Assembly (NCBI GenBank): GCA_950097015.1
Contig: CATNEN010000034.1
Coordinates: 2,542,001-2,606,000 of the forward strand
DNA length: 64,000 bases
Source: Macrostomum hystrix
Lineage: Eukaryota > Animalia > Platyhelminthes
Direction of reading: 5' to 3'
Positions within the stretch are counted from its first letter, which is position 1, and each line of letters starts with the position of its first letter. Below are positions 10,401 through 24,020 of the stretch, piece after piece. The translations under genes and the position numbers were made by a program. Under the pieces are notes generated by a model. The model saw only the letters and a program-made list of their open reading frames with translations, ran no database searches and was not told the origin of the DNA.

Positions 10401-12739
10401 AGCGAGGAGGCTGACGATCAAGAGCTATATGACTGGCGCTGGGGATCATCTACTATAAGGAATCGGCGGGGAAGAATTTCAGATGCGAAAGGGGATTAAC
10501 CAGCCCGCAGTCCGTGGGGATTTTATCCCACTCGTCCCAGACAATCATAGAAAGGCTGAAGAACTTGGGCATTTAGCAAATCCGCGGCTCCTTTGCCGGG
10601 CACAGAAGAGAGTGAAGGGGATGAGGTGGTTTGCTGTAGTTTCAAGACAGTTCGCTTTCTTCATGAAACACAAAGACGCATCACAAAGACTGTTGCTGGT
10701 TAAGCAGCACGGCTGTGGAATCAATAGGGTGAAATCTGTGAATCAGCAGGGATTTTTCCTTCCTGGGCAGACGTGAAGCTGATTTGGTGGTTCTGACTAG
10801 CCCAGTAGCCACCCGGGTGTGTCCGAGTTTTTGAACTTCAAACCTCTTTAGTCTATGACATGGATTCGAACTCTGCACCACAGACCAGGTTTGGCGCACC
10901 GATTTGGACTTCGTCATCCGGCCGTCAGCCACGTCGACTCACGTCGTCTCGACGGAGGTTTTCAACCTGGTGCTGGCGCTGGCTGTTCTAACGGTTCGTT
11001 ATCCGTCAGTGTTCTGGTTCTCGAACCGGGTGTTCTCAATGCTGTTCTCAGTTGTCCTGTGCGCCTGCGGCCTGCACACTTTCCTAGCCTACGAGGCCAC
11101 ATCGGTGCTGTACAAGGCGGTGGCTGCGAACTCCGTGGAGTCGCCGGTGGCCAACCTCCCGCCGGCTGTCGTTCTGGGGCTGGACGCGTTCGGCTCTTTG
11201 CTGCTGCTGCTGGCCAACGCTGCGTTCTTCGAGTTCGGCTATGCTCAGGTTTGAGGCCTATGCTCATTTTGATTTGAGGAGGATGTGGAGTTACGGTTAC
11301 AATGGAGATTAGAGTGTCACTTTTCCAGAAAATTGAGATGTGCTATCCCAGGTAATGAAGCTGGGCTATCCCAGGTAATGAAGCCAGCTGCGTTATCCTT
11401 CATTTAACTTCACTCCGAATCCCCCATTCAGGTGCTGACCAACCTCCGCAAATATCGGCACTACCTGCAGCTGGAGGCTCCGTCATCAGGCAGCAGCGAC
11501 CGCTCCAACGGCAGTAGCAGCGGCAGCAGCATCACCGCGCCCTGCTACGTGAGCAATGCACCGCAGCTGTTCGGAGTCCTGCTCATGCTGCTGGCAGTGC
11601 TGTGCAAGGCGCCAGTGCTCTGGGACTGGGTGGGCCTGTACCGCTCACGCCAGGAGCCAATTCTCCTGGCCGCTGCGGTCTCCGTCGGCGTCTGCCTTCT
11701 GCTGTGGGTGGCCGCCTGGCTGGCGCTCTGCTGCCGTCCCGTCTGGCAGTTCAACATCCGACTGGAGCTGGAGTTCCCGAGCAAGATCTCGCCGGATTAC
11801 CAGCACCAGCAGCCGGGTCAGCCTGGGGGCTCGTCCTCCACAATGCCGCTTGAGCACAGGTCGCCGCCGAGCTTGTCCAGCTCGGACCTGAGCAAGAAGA
11901 GCAACCAATACGTGTTTGTGCAGCAGCGCGGCTCCGCCGAGATGCAGCCGGTGTCCATGATCCCGACTGTCTCGGAACAGGTGGATAACGCTAGCGAGAG
12001 CTCTTACACCTGCGGCGGCGCCAGTGGCACCTTGGACAGGCAGGCCGGGCTGGTCAAGTACCAGGTGCGCAGAAACTCCGCTCAGCTGGGCGCCTCAGCT
12101 GCCGCCAGCGGCAGCCTGAAGCGCAACGCCCTCCTGGCGCGCAGCCGCAGCAACAATCGAGTCACCTTCAAGGACCGGCACGAGACGATACCGGGCTCGC
12201 CCGGTTCCAGCCAGAACACCTCCTCGGACAGCGGCATCGAAGCCAGCCGGCTTCCGGGACAACAGCAGCCGACGGGCTCGGCAGTGACCTCGCTGCAGAT
12301 CAGCCTCAACGACGACTACGCGAGGGTGAACAAGCAGCCCCGGGCGCCCAGCCGGCAGAGCAACTACGAGGACTACCCCATGCTGGGCTGCCTGTTCGGC
12401 GGCCAGGATGTCTCGGCAGGCGCCTCGGCGGACTACTACCAGCACCACCACACGGACCCGTACGGGAGACCGCTGCCCGGCGTTCCCGTTCCGCCGCCGC
12501 CGCCTGCTGGCTACGGAGCCACCGCCTCTGCAATGGGCGACCCCTACGGAGTGCCGGACATCCTGCTCAGCCGCAGCCCCTTCGCCAGCCTCAGCAGGCA
12601 GTCAGCGAACAAGCCCGACCACTTTGACCACTACGAAATGCAGCAGCAGCAGCACCACCTGAGGTCCGGCTCCTTCCCGTCTCTGCCGCAGCCGATGCAG
12701 ACAGGTGACCAAATTGAGGGCCTCTGCAGTCAGGTGTGA
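4411..12739 (+). CDS. tinc: Tincar-like multipass transmembrane protein (~714 aa)
   Basis: Exons 4411-4882, 10884-11248, 11432-12739 total 2145 nt, in frame, with GT-AG introns. Motifs recalled from Drosophila Tincar: LWRVWY, TGNFAEDG, HLLMALCLLLP, VWRTDLDF, VRYPSVFWFSN. Several hydrophobic helices precede a long Ser/Gln/Pro-rich tail ending LCSQV. Confidence 0.8.
4985..5535. repeat. 18-bp minisatellite (GGGATTTTGGATGAGAGA) in tincar intron 1
   Basis: About 30 copies; source of the spurious PSHPKSL/QNPF ORFs. Confidence 0.95.
6997..7360. repeat. 16-bp purine-rich minisatellite (GAGACAGGAGAGAGAT) in tincar intron 1
   Basis: Visible 16-bp periodicity. Confidence 0.95.
8332..9117. repeat. 23-bp minisatellite (GGTGTTGAAGCTTGGCTTTCCCA) in tincar intron 1
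   Basis: About 34 copies, one AAGCTT per unit. Confidence 0.95.
11342..11384. repeat. Two-copy 23-bp duplication in tincar intron 2, related to the 8332-9117 unit
   Basis: GCTATCCCAGGTAATGAAGC at 11342 and 11365; the unit is 19/23 identical to the intron-1 unit. Confidence 0.8.
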
Positions 12740-15700
12740 CCGCGGTGCCCCCCACCGTCTTTCAGACCTGCGTGTTGCTCTCGTGCCCCGAGTACTCGAG
12801 TTGTTTTCCTAGGGGCTGCGCCTCTCCCAGATGACATTGTACACGATGTGGCCCTGAGAACATCGATCCGCTTTGTTATCACCTGCCTGTCCCTCTATTG
12901 TAGTTTTTACAGACCACCCCGTGACTGTGGACTCACTCACTAATTCTACGCTTGTCTCTCACCTTGTGCAACAGGCCTTCATTTTCTTCCCACTCTCATT
13001 GTGAGCCTTTCCCCGTCTCTCTAGACGTTTCTCTTGTGCCGTGCTCTAATTGTTCTAATTGGCCCTCAATAAGCTTCGCCGTACCACATCCCAATGTATG
13101 AAATGCCCTATTCTATCATTCTCTCCTGTTTGTGAAGAAAAGTATTTATATTCGCTTGAATGATTGTAGGGGAACATGTGTAAATTTCTGAATAACTGTG
13201 TGAGCTCTGTCTGCTCTCCTCTGACATGCAGCGCTCTCAGCCTTTGTTTTGTAAATTTTACTCCTTTTTATGCTTCTGTTATACCTTTGTGCTTCTGTGT
13301 GTACGTACAGGTGCGAATTGTGTAATTTAAGCCACTCTGTTTGTGTTTTTAGCTTTTTTTAGCTTCGTGGCACAAGAAATCAACCCTTTGTCAGCGCTCA
13401 TTGACTAGAAATTGCCGTCGGTTCTGCGTATTAATGAAAAATAAACTTGTCCATATTTTCAGTAGTGGCGCACACATTGGCAGTCGATGAGAATCTGTGA
13501 GTACATTTTTTCTTTTAACTTCGTGCGTTGCAAGAGTGCAGAGGAAGTACCCGATCCCACCTCCCGCAACCAGGTTCATCAACACGCGAGCAAATGAAGT
13601 GTTTCCATATGCTGTTCCCGACCCACTCGGCCCTCTCAACTGGGCATTTTTTGCACGAGTGTTAGCACTATTTTTTCTATTGCCTGTCATTAATTCACTG
13701 CTCAGTGCAAACATGGGGGCTACAGGCCCACTGTAGTGGTAGGCTATAGGGCGAAGGCGAGAGGTGCTAAAAAAATCTCTTATCCCATTTGCGCCTCATG
13801 GGACTGGGGTATGTTTCCCTTTGCTTAAGCTGTCTGCACACCTGAGTAGAGCAGTTTGGCTGGATTGTCTCACTCACTCACTCTCTGGGTGAGCGGGCGG
13901 AAATAATCGATTTCTTGGTAGATTTCGGTCTTCTGTCGTTCGTTCGGGAGGGCCTCCTGCGTTGCGCGCGCGCCTGAACTGCGGGGTCAGGCACGGACAA
14001 ACATATTCGCCAATGTGTTTGTACCTCCTTTGTCTTTGTTCTTTGCCATGCATGCAGTCTAGATTCCACAGGTTATAACTAAATTCTTACTGCTTTGGAC
14101 TCGTTCGATCCATAAGCTCTTTGATATTCGGTTTTTTATACAATGGGATAATAATTAAATTAACAGTCGCATGTGACTCACCCACCCCCCAGACGGAGGA
14201 AAGCGATTTAAAACAAACCCATTCTGACTGGGTGACCCGTTATTTAAGACTGAAGAATTTTCTCGAACTAATTAATGAGATGGCGAGCTTTAAACTGAAA
14301 ACTCAGGCTCACCTGTCACACAACTCAAATTCGCTTGACTAATTAGTGCAGCTCAATGCTTTGCTACCTTGGCTGTTCGAATGACTTTTTGAACTTCATC
14401 TAAAAAAGTCTAGCATGCGATTTTAGGCTGTCTTCAGCCGATTCTGACCTGGATCTTCTTTGTTCAGTGCGGATCAGTTTTTCGAACAGTAAGCTTATTG
14501 CAGGTGTGCTGACCCGGATTGAACCTTATGTACGAGTAGATAAGTCTTGGCCACTTTAACTCTGACTAAACTGTGTTTTAATGAGTCACTCGGGGTCGCA
14601 CTCCCCGGCTCTCACCTGCATTCACGCCCAACTTGCGACCCCTCTCTCTTTCACGCAAAAATCTGCTTATTTCACGCGTGTGACAGGTATCCAGATCTGA
14701 GTGCATTGCTCCCATCTATTGCTTCCTTCGTTTCGTGACTTCGCAACACAGTTGTTATCGACTATTTATCTTTATTCTTTGTCCTCACGTTTAATTCTTT
14801 AGGCCTACCCATGAACTCCACTTTATGACGTCTCAGTCTCTTAGTGACCCGTTTTTAATCGCTCCCATCCTCTCTTGCCTATATAGTATGTTACAGCACT
14901 GCAAATGTTACACTATACAGCTTAAGCTATCCCATTGTTTTACAATCGCCACCACCGTACCGCAGAGCAAAGCAGAGATAATCAGCAGTTGCATGCGGCA
15001 GCTAGCCTCTGCCAGGTTTTGAGAACACATGACATACGCAGCGATGAAACGGCCTCTATATAAAATACTGCCTATTCCACTCCCAAACGATTGACTCACA
15101 GCGGCTGGACCTGAAATTGGTACAGGCGCTGGCGGCGGCGGCCACCCTTTGAGCGGAACAAAGGCCTCATGAATATTTAATGAGGCCCAGCAGATGCAAT
15201 AGAGTTGGAGGGCCACGCCTAGGATGCAGTTCAAAGGGGACCTATCCGGAATCTGCCACGGCAGCTGAGTCCGTTTCTGTCACTCTCACCTTGTCTTCCG
15301 TCATCCTCGACGGCTATTCAAGAAATTTTCTTCTTAGTAAAATAATGCAGCAAATTTCAATGGCCGGAACAAAGACTGTTTTGGAGTTTCTGGACTGCGC
15401 AGAGTCTATTGTGTTTCAGAAGAAGCAACAGCTGTTCGGCTTGAGCAAGTGCATGGCTCTGCTTCAATGGAGGCTCGCTGGGTGTCACTTACCTGCCGGC
15501 AAACAATTAGTTCTCTTGTTCAGGCGCCGGTCTTGATTTAGCTGGAAGCAGCTGGAAGCAGCCACTAACGGTTTGGTGACACTGCTGACTTCCATATCAG
15601 CACAATAGCTATGGGAGAAACAGGTGCTACCAAAAAGAGGAGGAGCAAGAGAAGTTTCGCATATTTTCACCTGAGCAAACTGCCCGCCCGCTGTGCTGCC

Positions 15701-15845
15701 TAAGTTCATTCTCAACTTTAAAAAATTGCAGGACACTTCCTATAAATATTATTAGCATACAAAGATTTGTTCAGAAAAATGATTTATTTACACCTGTAGG
15801 TACGCCAATTGATGAACGTACAATTGATAGAGTGAAAGAGGGAGA

Positions 15846-16497
15846 GATGAGAGTGATATGGGAAAGATGAGAGTGATATGGGAAAGATGAGAGTGATATG
15901 GGAAAGATGAGAGTGATATGGGAAAGATGAGAGTGATATGGGAAAGATGAGAGTGATATGGGAAAGATGAGAGTGATATGGGAAAGATGAGAGTGATATG
16001 GGAAAGATGAGAGTGATATGGGAAAGATGAGAGTGATATGGGAAAGATGAGAGTGATATGGGAAAGATGAGAGTGATATGGGAAAGATGAGAGTGATATG
16101 GGAAAGATGAGAGTGATATGGGAAAGATGAGAGTGATATGGGAAAGATGAGAGTGATATGGGAAAGATGAGAGTGATATGGGAAAGATGAGAGTGATATG
16201 GGAAAGATGAGAGTGATATGGGAAAGATGAGAGTGATATGGGAAAGATGAGAGTGATATGGGAAAGATGAGAGTGATATGGGAAAGATGAGAGTGATATG
16301 GGAAAGATAAGAGTGATATGGGAAAGATGAGAGTGATATGGGAAAGATGAGAGTGATATGGGAAAGATGAGAGTGATATGGGAAAGATGAGAGTGATATG
16401 GGAAAGATGAGAGTGATATGGGAAAGATGAGAGTGATATGGGAAAGATGAGAGTGATATGGGAAAGATGAGAGTGATATGGGAAAGATGAGAGTGAT
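15846..16497. repeat. 20-bp minisatellite (GAGTGATATGGGAAAGATGA), nearly perfect
   Basis: About 32 copies, with one visible variant (GATAA near 16308). Confidence 0.97.
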
Positions 16498-17664
16498 AGC
16501 GTTAATCGATAAAATTTAGTGATTATTGGTATGCAAAGATGAGATATTTGTTTACCCTGTAGGAACGCTAATTGATTCTAAATTAAGATGAGATTTGGAT
16601 TAAAAGGTGTCAGACTAGTTTTCAGTCAAACATAAATTAGATTACGAACGAAAGTATAGAATTTCCTGTTCTGATGTTCTTCCAAGCGTTAAAGAAGCTC
16701 ACTTGTTTTAGCGCAGAGCTTTGTTTGAGATCAGCACTGCCACGTGTACGCAGTTTCTGGCATAGTCTCAACAAATGCTTGGAGTGACTCACCGGGTGTG
16801 TGTGTGCATTCTGTATGCAGACTATATTGGATTTCAGAGTAGGGGCTGCTACAGCGCACACCCATTGTCGGCCTTCGATAAGATTATAGTAGGGAAAGGG
16901 TGTCTACAGCAGCGCGCTGCCACCCGCCATGCTAATCCCCTTGTTTTACATGCCAAGATGGCCTGAATTTTTGTTTCTTCTTGTCTGTTCCGTGTATTAG
17001 AATTAAATTTCATGAAGATTATTCCTGTCTGTCTGCTTGATGAATCAAGGTAAATCCTTGATCAAAATAAAGAAACAATTGGCAGGATTAGAATACTCTT
17101 AGGAGAATAATGCCCAGTACTATGGAATGCTGGCACTGCAAAAAGTTGCTCAACAACATTGATTAAGAAGTCTGCCGCACAATGTCTGAAGCGGCTTATT
17201 TCTTTCTCCAGTCTGCTTTAGATCAGGCAGCGTGACTGGATTAATGTGGGATCCGAAAGCAGCTGACTCCGCATCCTCACTATCAGTTGGGATGGAGACA
17301 ATGGGATGATTGAAGCCTTCCACAGCGGCTGTGTCTGCTCTCATCTCAGAAATCCGGAAAGCAAGATGGGAACAAAATAGAAGGTGGAGAGGGGATGCAC
17401 TCAGATCACTCACACTCTCCCTTTTTGCTCTCCATGAAGTAATTTCGGTTGCCATGCCAACCTATTGTGCTAGGCGCATTCAATACACATTATGCCGGAG
17501 GTGCTATTATCATGCGAGGGAATTTTCCCGACATTGTTGGCGACAGATACGGAATAAAATATATCGGAAATATACCAACAGGACACTGGACACCATTGTT
17601 ATCATCCATTATCATCCCGTTACTTAACATTTCATAATATCACTGTAATGACTTTTCATCCGAG

Positions 17665-18330
17665 TTCATCCCACCCATTCCATCCAACCCCACCTATTCC
17701 ATCCCATCCCACCCATTCCATCCAACCCCACCCATTCCATCCAACCCCACCTATTCCATCCCATCCCACCCATTCCATCCAACCCCACCAATTCCATACC
17801 ACCCCACCCATTCCATACCACCCACCAATTCCATCCCATCCCACCCATTCCATACCACCCCACCCATTTTATCCAACCCCACCAATTCCATACCACCCCA
17901 CCCATTCCATACCACCCCACCCATTCCATACCACCCCACCAATTCCATACCACCCCACCAATTCCATCCAACCCCACCAATTCCATACCACCCCACCCAT
18001 TCCATACCACCCCACCAATTCCATACCACCCCACCCATTCCATACCACCCACCAATTCCATCCCATCTCATCTATTCCATCCCATCCCATCCCATCCATT
18101 CCATACCACCCCACCTATTCCATCCCATCTGACCCATTCCATACCACCCCACCCATTCCATCCCATCCGACCCATTCCATACCACCCCACCCATTCCATC
18201 CCATCCCACTCATTCCTTCACATCCCACCCATTCCATCCCATCCCACATTCCTTCATTCCATTCCCTTCCATCTCATCCCTTCTCATCTCATCCCATCTC
18301 ATCTCATCCCATCCAATCTGATCCCTTCTC
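17665..18330. repeat. Degenerate ~14-19-bp C-rich minisatellite (CATTCCATACCACCCCACC)
   Basis: Imperfect tandem units; source of the HPTPPIP / GWDG ORFs. Confidence 0.9.
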
Positions 18331-20781
18331 ATCTCATGAGAATTTCTCCTCATCTCATCTTGCAATAAACCATGAGTGTGCTTTTTGGCCTAGATTAGGA
18401 AGCAGTTTGATAATGATAGCAAGCAAAAACGTTTTCCTCTTACCTTGTCCTATTTCTGGCATGCAAATTAATATTTTAAAGCGTGTTTCGCAGACCTGTG
18501 CAGAAGCAGATAGCGACTTGGTGCCTTTGGCATTGCATATTTTTCTCTCCACCACTCGAACAAGCAAAAACACTGAAAATCAGAAGAGCCTGTTTAAAAG
18601 GCCCCCTCCTTGATAAGTGACCCTCTTGGGACAATATTCGGCCTTGGGAACTTAAAATGGGAAATACACAAACATCGATTCTATTAAGTAATGATCGATC
18701 ACTGTCCCGAAGTTGTTTTTTTAACCTGTGTGCTAGGTAAAAAGGCGAGTTAACAATGAACCCCGCGTTGAAAGACCATTGCTGTGTGCTAAATCTTTGC
18801 GAACATGGAAACATTTTAATAGTTACTTCAATCATTGACACGTTCTCACCTACATGCGATCAGAAATTCTCACCAAGTACTGCTAACTGCCGCGCCTTCC
18901 TAATTGGACCTCGTTAGATGTGTCCACTATTTTTTTTTCCCCGTTCACCTTGGATGTTCACGCGCACGCTAACCTTGGGATTAAAGTGTCAGGATTTGAT
19001 GTTTAGGCGGATATGAACAATTTAAAATTGCATCTCTTGATTTTAATAAATCAATCGAAATTCTCACGTGTGTCACGTCGACTCATAAAAACCGCTTATT
19101 ATGTGCTCAGAATTTCTCGGATCACCTGCTTAGGTCCTCGCAATGTTTTCAATTCAAAGGCATACGAGTAATACGACCTGCGCCTTCATTTCCCCTGCTT
19201 ATCGTGTATAAACACGGGAGACTTATAGAGCCGGATTAAAGCTATACTGACCTAGCACAATCTCTATTCCCCATCAGTCTAAATGACCTCACCCTGAATC
19301 TCTCTCTGCAGCGTCTCAGTTTTCCTTTACCTTTGGCCGCCGGGAATGACTCACGGGTACGCGGCACCTGCTCAGAGCAGAGCAGGGCTCAAGGTGAGTC
19401 TCAGCTGTGTGCTGTGTACATCCGCCCACTCCAGAGACCGATTTCAACCGCTGAAGTCAGCTCAGACACCCAGATCGGCTCCTGCATCAACTCAGTCAGT
19501 TTTCTCGCCTTCCTTCTCATCTCATTCTGTCTCACCTGCACGTGTTCGTCAGGCCGGAGGTGAGGTTGGCAGCTAATTACTCGATACACTTTTCCCCCAG
19601 TCTCGTCCATCTTTCTCAGTGAATCATGGGCGTGGCTCAGACAGGTTGCGAGGTCATTGCTCACACAAAGCCCCCGCACACCCGGCAGTGCTTTTGCAGA
19701 CGATCGTTAATGATTTACTAGTAACTAGTGTGACTAAGTCTATGATGTAGCGTTCGCTCCAGCAACCCTCGCATACCACCTTGCCAAGGTGATACAATTG
19801 AGTCTGTGAACTCACTCACTAACCGAACTGGAGCAGATTTTTAAGCGCACACTTGGAACGCGTTTGGAAGGACAAAGCTGATTTTATTCAGGATGGAAAA
19901 GTTCCAATTGATTGATGGGTGCAAATGACCGTCTTCATCAGCACTTTTCCCACAACGGAGATCCGTGTGAAAAAAAGTGGGAGAAATTCTCTTCCGGCTG
20001 ACCAGCCTAAGCTGATGAATAATAAATCCTGCAGAGTGGACCTCACTAAGTTGAACTGTTCGTCTATATGAACTTATATAGGCCTGTCTTACAGGTAATG
20101 TTCGCATTTGCTGGGCAAGATAGGTACAACTTTAACCAGTCCTTGGGTGCATATCGGTTCGTTCAAGCATTGAGCTGCTTATTAAAACTACTCAAAGGTA
20201 GGCGTAGGTCTTCGCAGTAGCTGAGTGCTCAAGTGCGCATGAAAAATGAATGAGGCTAGATTTGGCTTAGCAACTAGTCCTAGCAACGGAAGGCTGCGGG
20301 GTTCATTGTGCCGCAGTGTGGGTGGCATTTCAAATCCAAGTTGGAGTTGCACTTCTAATATCGAAGGTACAGGTTATTTTCCAGGTATACAGCTTTCCAG
20401 GTTTCCAGGTATCAGAGGTGACTGCTAGTTATTAAAAACGGTTATCCTTACTACTCTAGAGTCTATAGATTACTATAAGTAAAATCCCATGAGATTACCT
20501 GTCTACTAAGGTGAGCACCTATCTGACAGCTGATAATTGGCACATCGACCCCTGCAGAGCTAGGATAAAAGAAAATCAATAATGAGAAGTGCTCAACTGA
20601 CTGCTTGGGCATTCAGACAGGACTGTGGGGATTTGATACAGTTGAAGAATGATGAAAGTACTTTTATTTATTTGAGCATTGACAAAGCTTGGTCAGGATT
20701 TTATTTCGAAATTACCAATGGCAATCAACAATTACCTTCTGGACAAGTAGTCAAAGATTGACAGCGATGGAGTGACAAACG

Positions 20782-21003
20782 GAGTGATCAACTCAGGGAG
20801 TGATCACCTCAAGGAGTGATCAACTCAAGGAGTGATCAACTCAAGGAGTGATCAACTCAAGGAGTGATCAACTCAAGGAGTGATCAACTCAAGGAGTGAT
20901 CAACTCAAGGAGTGATCACCTCAAGGAGTGATCACCTCAAGGAGTGATCAACTCAAGGAGTGATCAACTCAAGGAGTGATCAACTCAAAGAGTGATCAAC
21001 TCA
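20782..21003. repeat. 16-bp minisatellite (GGAGTGATCAACTCAA)
   Basis: About 14 copies. Confidence 0.95.
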
Positions 21004-21987
21004 GGTAGTATCTATGAGTGATGGTCAAGGTGTGAAAATAACAAAGTGACAGAAAGTGAGTGCTGAAAGAGTTTTACACGCAAGAGATTAACTCATAAAA
21101 TAAGAGATACACGAATGATATCTAATTTTACTTTTTTTTCAAGTTTATCCTATTATTCAGGATATTAATTGAATATTGTTCTATTGAGCTACACTGCAAT
21201 TTCACAGACAGGTAGGTTTGAGAATAGTTTCATAAAATTAAATCCAAAGATAAGCTTTTGTGCTTCGATTCCCCCTGGCCACAGTTAGAGCATGGAAACA
21301 ATAGGACAATTGACTCAACTGGCACAGCACTCAGCTGAGCTCATTGCCGCGTGATCCTCAGAAACGTATTACTCACCAGGCCTCTCTGTGCTGCTTGAGA
21401 AAATTCTGGCGCTTTATATTTGGCCTTCAATTACTGAGCCGCTTTTTTTAAATCGTGCCTCACAACTGAACGCCCCTGCCTCCCTGTTCCTCTGCTGTAG
21501 TGTCACATCGTCTGTCTGTATCCACTTTGAGATCTACTGCTCAATTTTATTTTTTCTGAGGGTGGAGAACAGCTCTACACAATGCAGCTTTAGGGAGCGG
21601 CCTTCCGCTCATAAGTGAGCAGTCCTGTTCAACGCTATGCAAATAGCTGCTCAAATCTATCTGGTTAACATTACGGAACATAAGAAACTATTGTGAGCAG
21701 CACTAAGCAGTGAGCAATAAGCAATGAGCAACGAGCCTGTACCACATATAGCACCTATAGCAAATCACGTATACCTGTATCAGGTATACGGGATCTTGTA
21801 AGCAAAGATCAATGTAATTCAAGTACAGTGGCTGTTACAAAACCGAAAGTGCATTAATTAATATTTGTGTGAGGGAAAAGGATGAGGTTGTGGGGCGACA
21901 TACTAAGGGGCGGCTAGACAGTATTGATTTTAATATATAGATAAGACTTACTGTCTTACTGTGGATAAACAAAAAAATAGATAAAAG

Positions 21988-22410
21988 GGAGAGACAGACT
22001 GAGAAATACAGGTGGAAGAGACAGGCATGGAGAGACAGAACAGACAGGGGGAGACAGAACAGACAGGGAGAGACAGACCAGACTGGGAGAGACAGAACAG
22101 ACAGGGAGATAGAACAGACAGGGAGATAGAACAGACAGGGGGAGACAGAACAGACAGGCAGAGATAGAACAGACTGGGGGAGACAGAACAGACAGGGAGA
22201 CAGAACAGACAGGCAGAGATAGAACAGACTGGGGGAGACAGAACAGACAGGGAGACAGAACAGACAGTGAGAGACAGAACAGACTGGGAGAGATAGAACA
22301 GACTGGGGGAGACAGATCAGACAGGGGGAGACAGAACAGACAGGGGGAGACAGAACAGACAGGGAGAGATAGAACAGACAGGGAGAGACAGACCAGACTG
22401 CGGGAGACAG
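21988..22410. repeat. ~18-bp purine-rich minisatellite (GAGACAGAACAGACAGGG)
   Basis: Imperfect tandem units. Confidence 0.9.
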
Positions 22411-23081
22411 GAAGAATGGTCACTGCACGGTAAAGCATGAGATCATGAAACAAATAAGGAACAGTTTGGCTGCGGCAGACAGCCAGCAGTCAAACATTGA
22501 GATCGGAGCTGCCCCTTTGCGGTCGACAATGCCGAATGACTCACACTCAGCACTGGCGGGAGCTTCAGAAGGAACTGGCTGGAAGGTCAACTTGTGTGTG
22601 GGCGCAGACACCCCTGTCTCAACTTACCCTTACCCCTGGCCTACAAAAATGGTTTAATCACTTAATTTGCATAGACTAATTATCTAAACCATGAGCCTAT
22701 ATACCAGCCATGTCCCTTTGTCGTCGTACATTGGTAAGCGAGGCCTGTGAGGACCATCTGATTACACTCAGCGGTCAACAAAGACTGTCTGGACAAAGCG
22801 CATCTGGACTAGCAACTGTAATTGTCTGCAATTGTGTCTGCAATTGACACACAAACAGTTATTGTAATTATTCTATACTGGCCTAAAGTACCTCTTCAGT
22901 GACTTCCTTCCGTGACGCAGAAGCTGCAGCATTTCTTCTCTTTCATACCGTGTTAATAGTGATCACATGAGGGCCTATAAGGGTTGGAGCTGAAAATGTG
23001 CATGTGTTCTAATACATCATTTATATGCTCTATAACTCATAAATCTATCAAGTTAATACACTTCTTCCTGATAAGTTTGTC

Positions 23082-24020
23082 TGCAATGTCCAACCACCTG
23101 ATTCAATGTCTAACTACATGATTCAATGTCTAATTACATTTTTCAATGTCTAACCACATGATTCAATGTCTAACCACATGATTCAATGTCTAACCACATG
23201 ATTCAATGTCTAACCACCTGATACAATGCCTAACTACATGATTCAATGTCTAATTACATGATTCAATGTCTAACTACACGATTCAATGTCTAACCACCTG
23301 ATACAATGCCTAACCACCTGATACAATGTCTAATTACATGATTCAATGTCTAACTACACGGTTCAATGTCGAACTACATGATTCAATGTCTAACCACATG
23401 ATTCAATGTCTAACTACACGATTCAATGTCCAACTACATGATTCAATGTCTAACCACATGATTCAATGTCTAACCACATGATTCAATGTCTAACTACATG
23501 ATTCAATGTCTAACCACCCGATTCAATGCCTAACCACCCGATTCAATGTCTAACCACCCGATTCAATGCCTAACCACCCAATTCAATGTCTAACCACGTG
23601 ATTCAATGTCTAACCACATGATTCAATGTCTAACCACGTGATTCAATGTCTAACCACAGGATTCAATGTCTAACCACATGACTCAATGTCTAACCACATG
23701 ATTCAATGTCTAACCACATGATTCAATGTCTAACTACATGATTCAATGTCTAACCACCCGATTCAATGCCTAACCACCCGATTCAATGTCTAACCACCCG
23801 ATTCAATGCCTAACCACCCAATTCAATGTCTAACCACGTGATTCAATGTCTAACCACATGATTCAATGTCTAACCACGTGATTCAATGTCTAACCACATG
23901 ATTCAATGTCTAACCACGTGATTCAATGTCTAACCACAGGATTCAATGTCTAACCACATGACTCAATGTCTAACCACCCAAAATCAATGTCTAACTACAT
24001 GATTCAATGTCGAACCACCC
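23082..24020. repeat. 20-bp minisatellite (ATTCAATGTCTAACCACATG)
   Basis: About 46 copies, with a duplicated internal block of variants (CCCG/CCCA/GTG series repeated near 23520 and 23760). Confidence 0.95.

Noticed and set aside
19313-19560. Two plus-strand exon-like segments separated by a 41-nt GT-AG gap
   Set aside because: No recognisable product and no flanking exons found to extend it into a gene.
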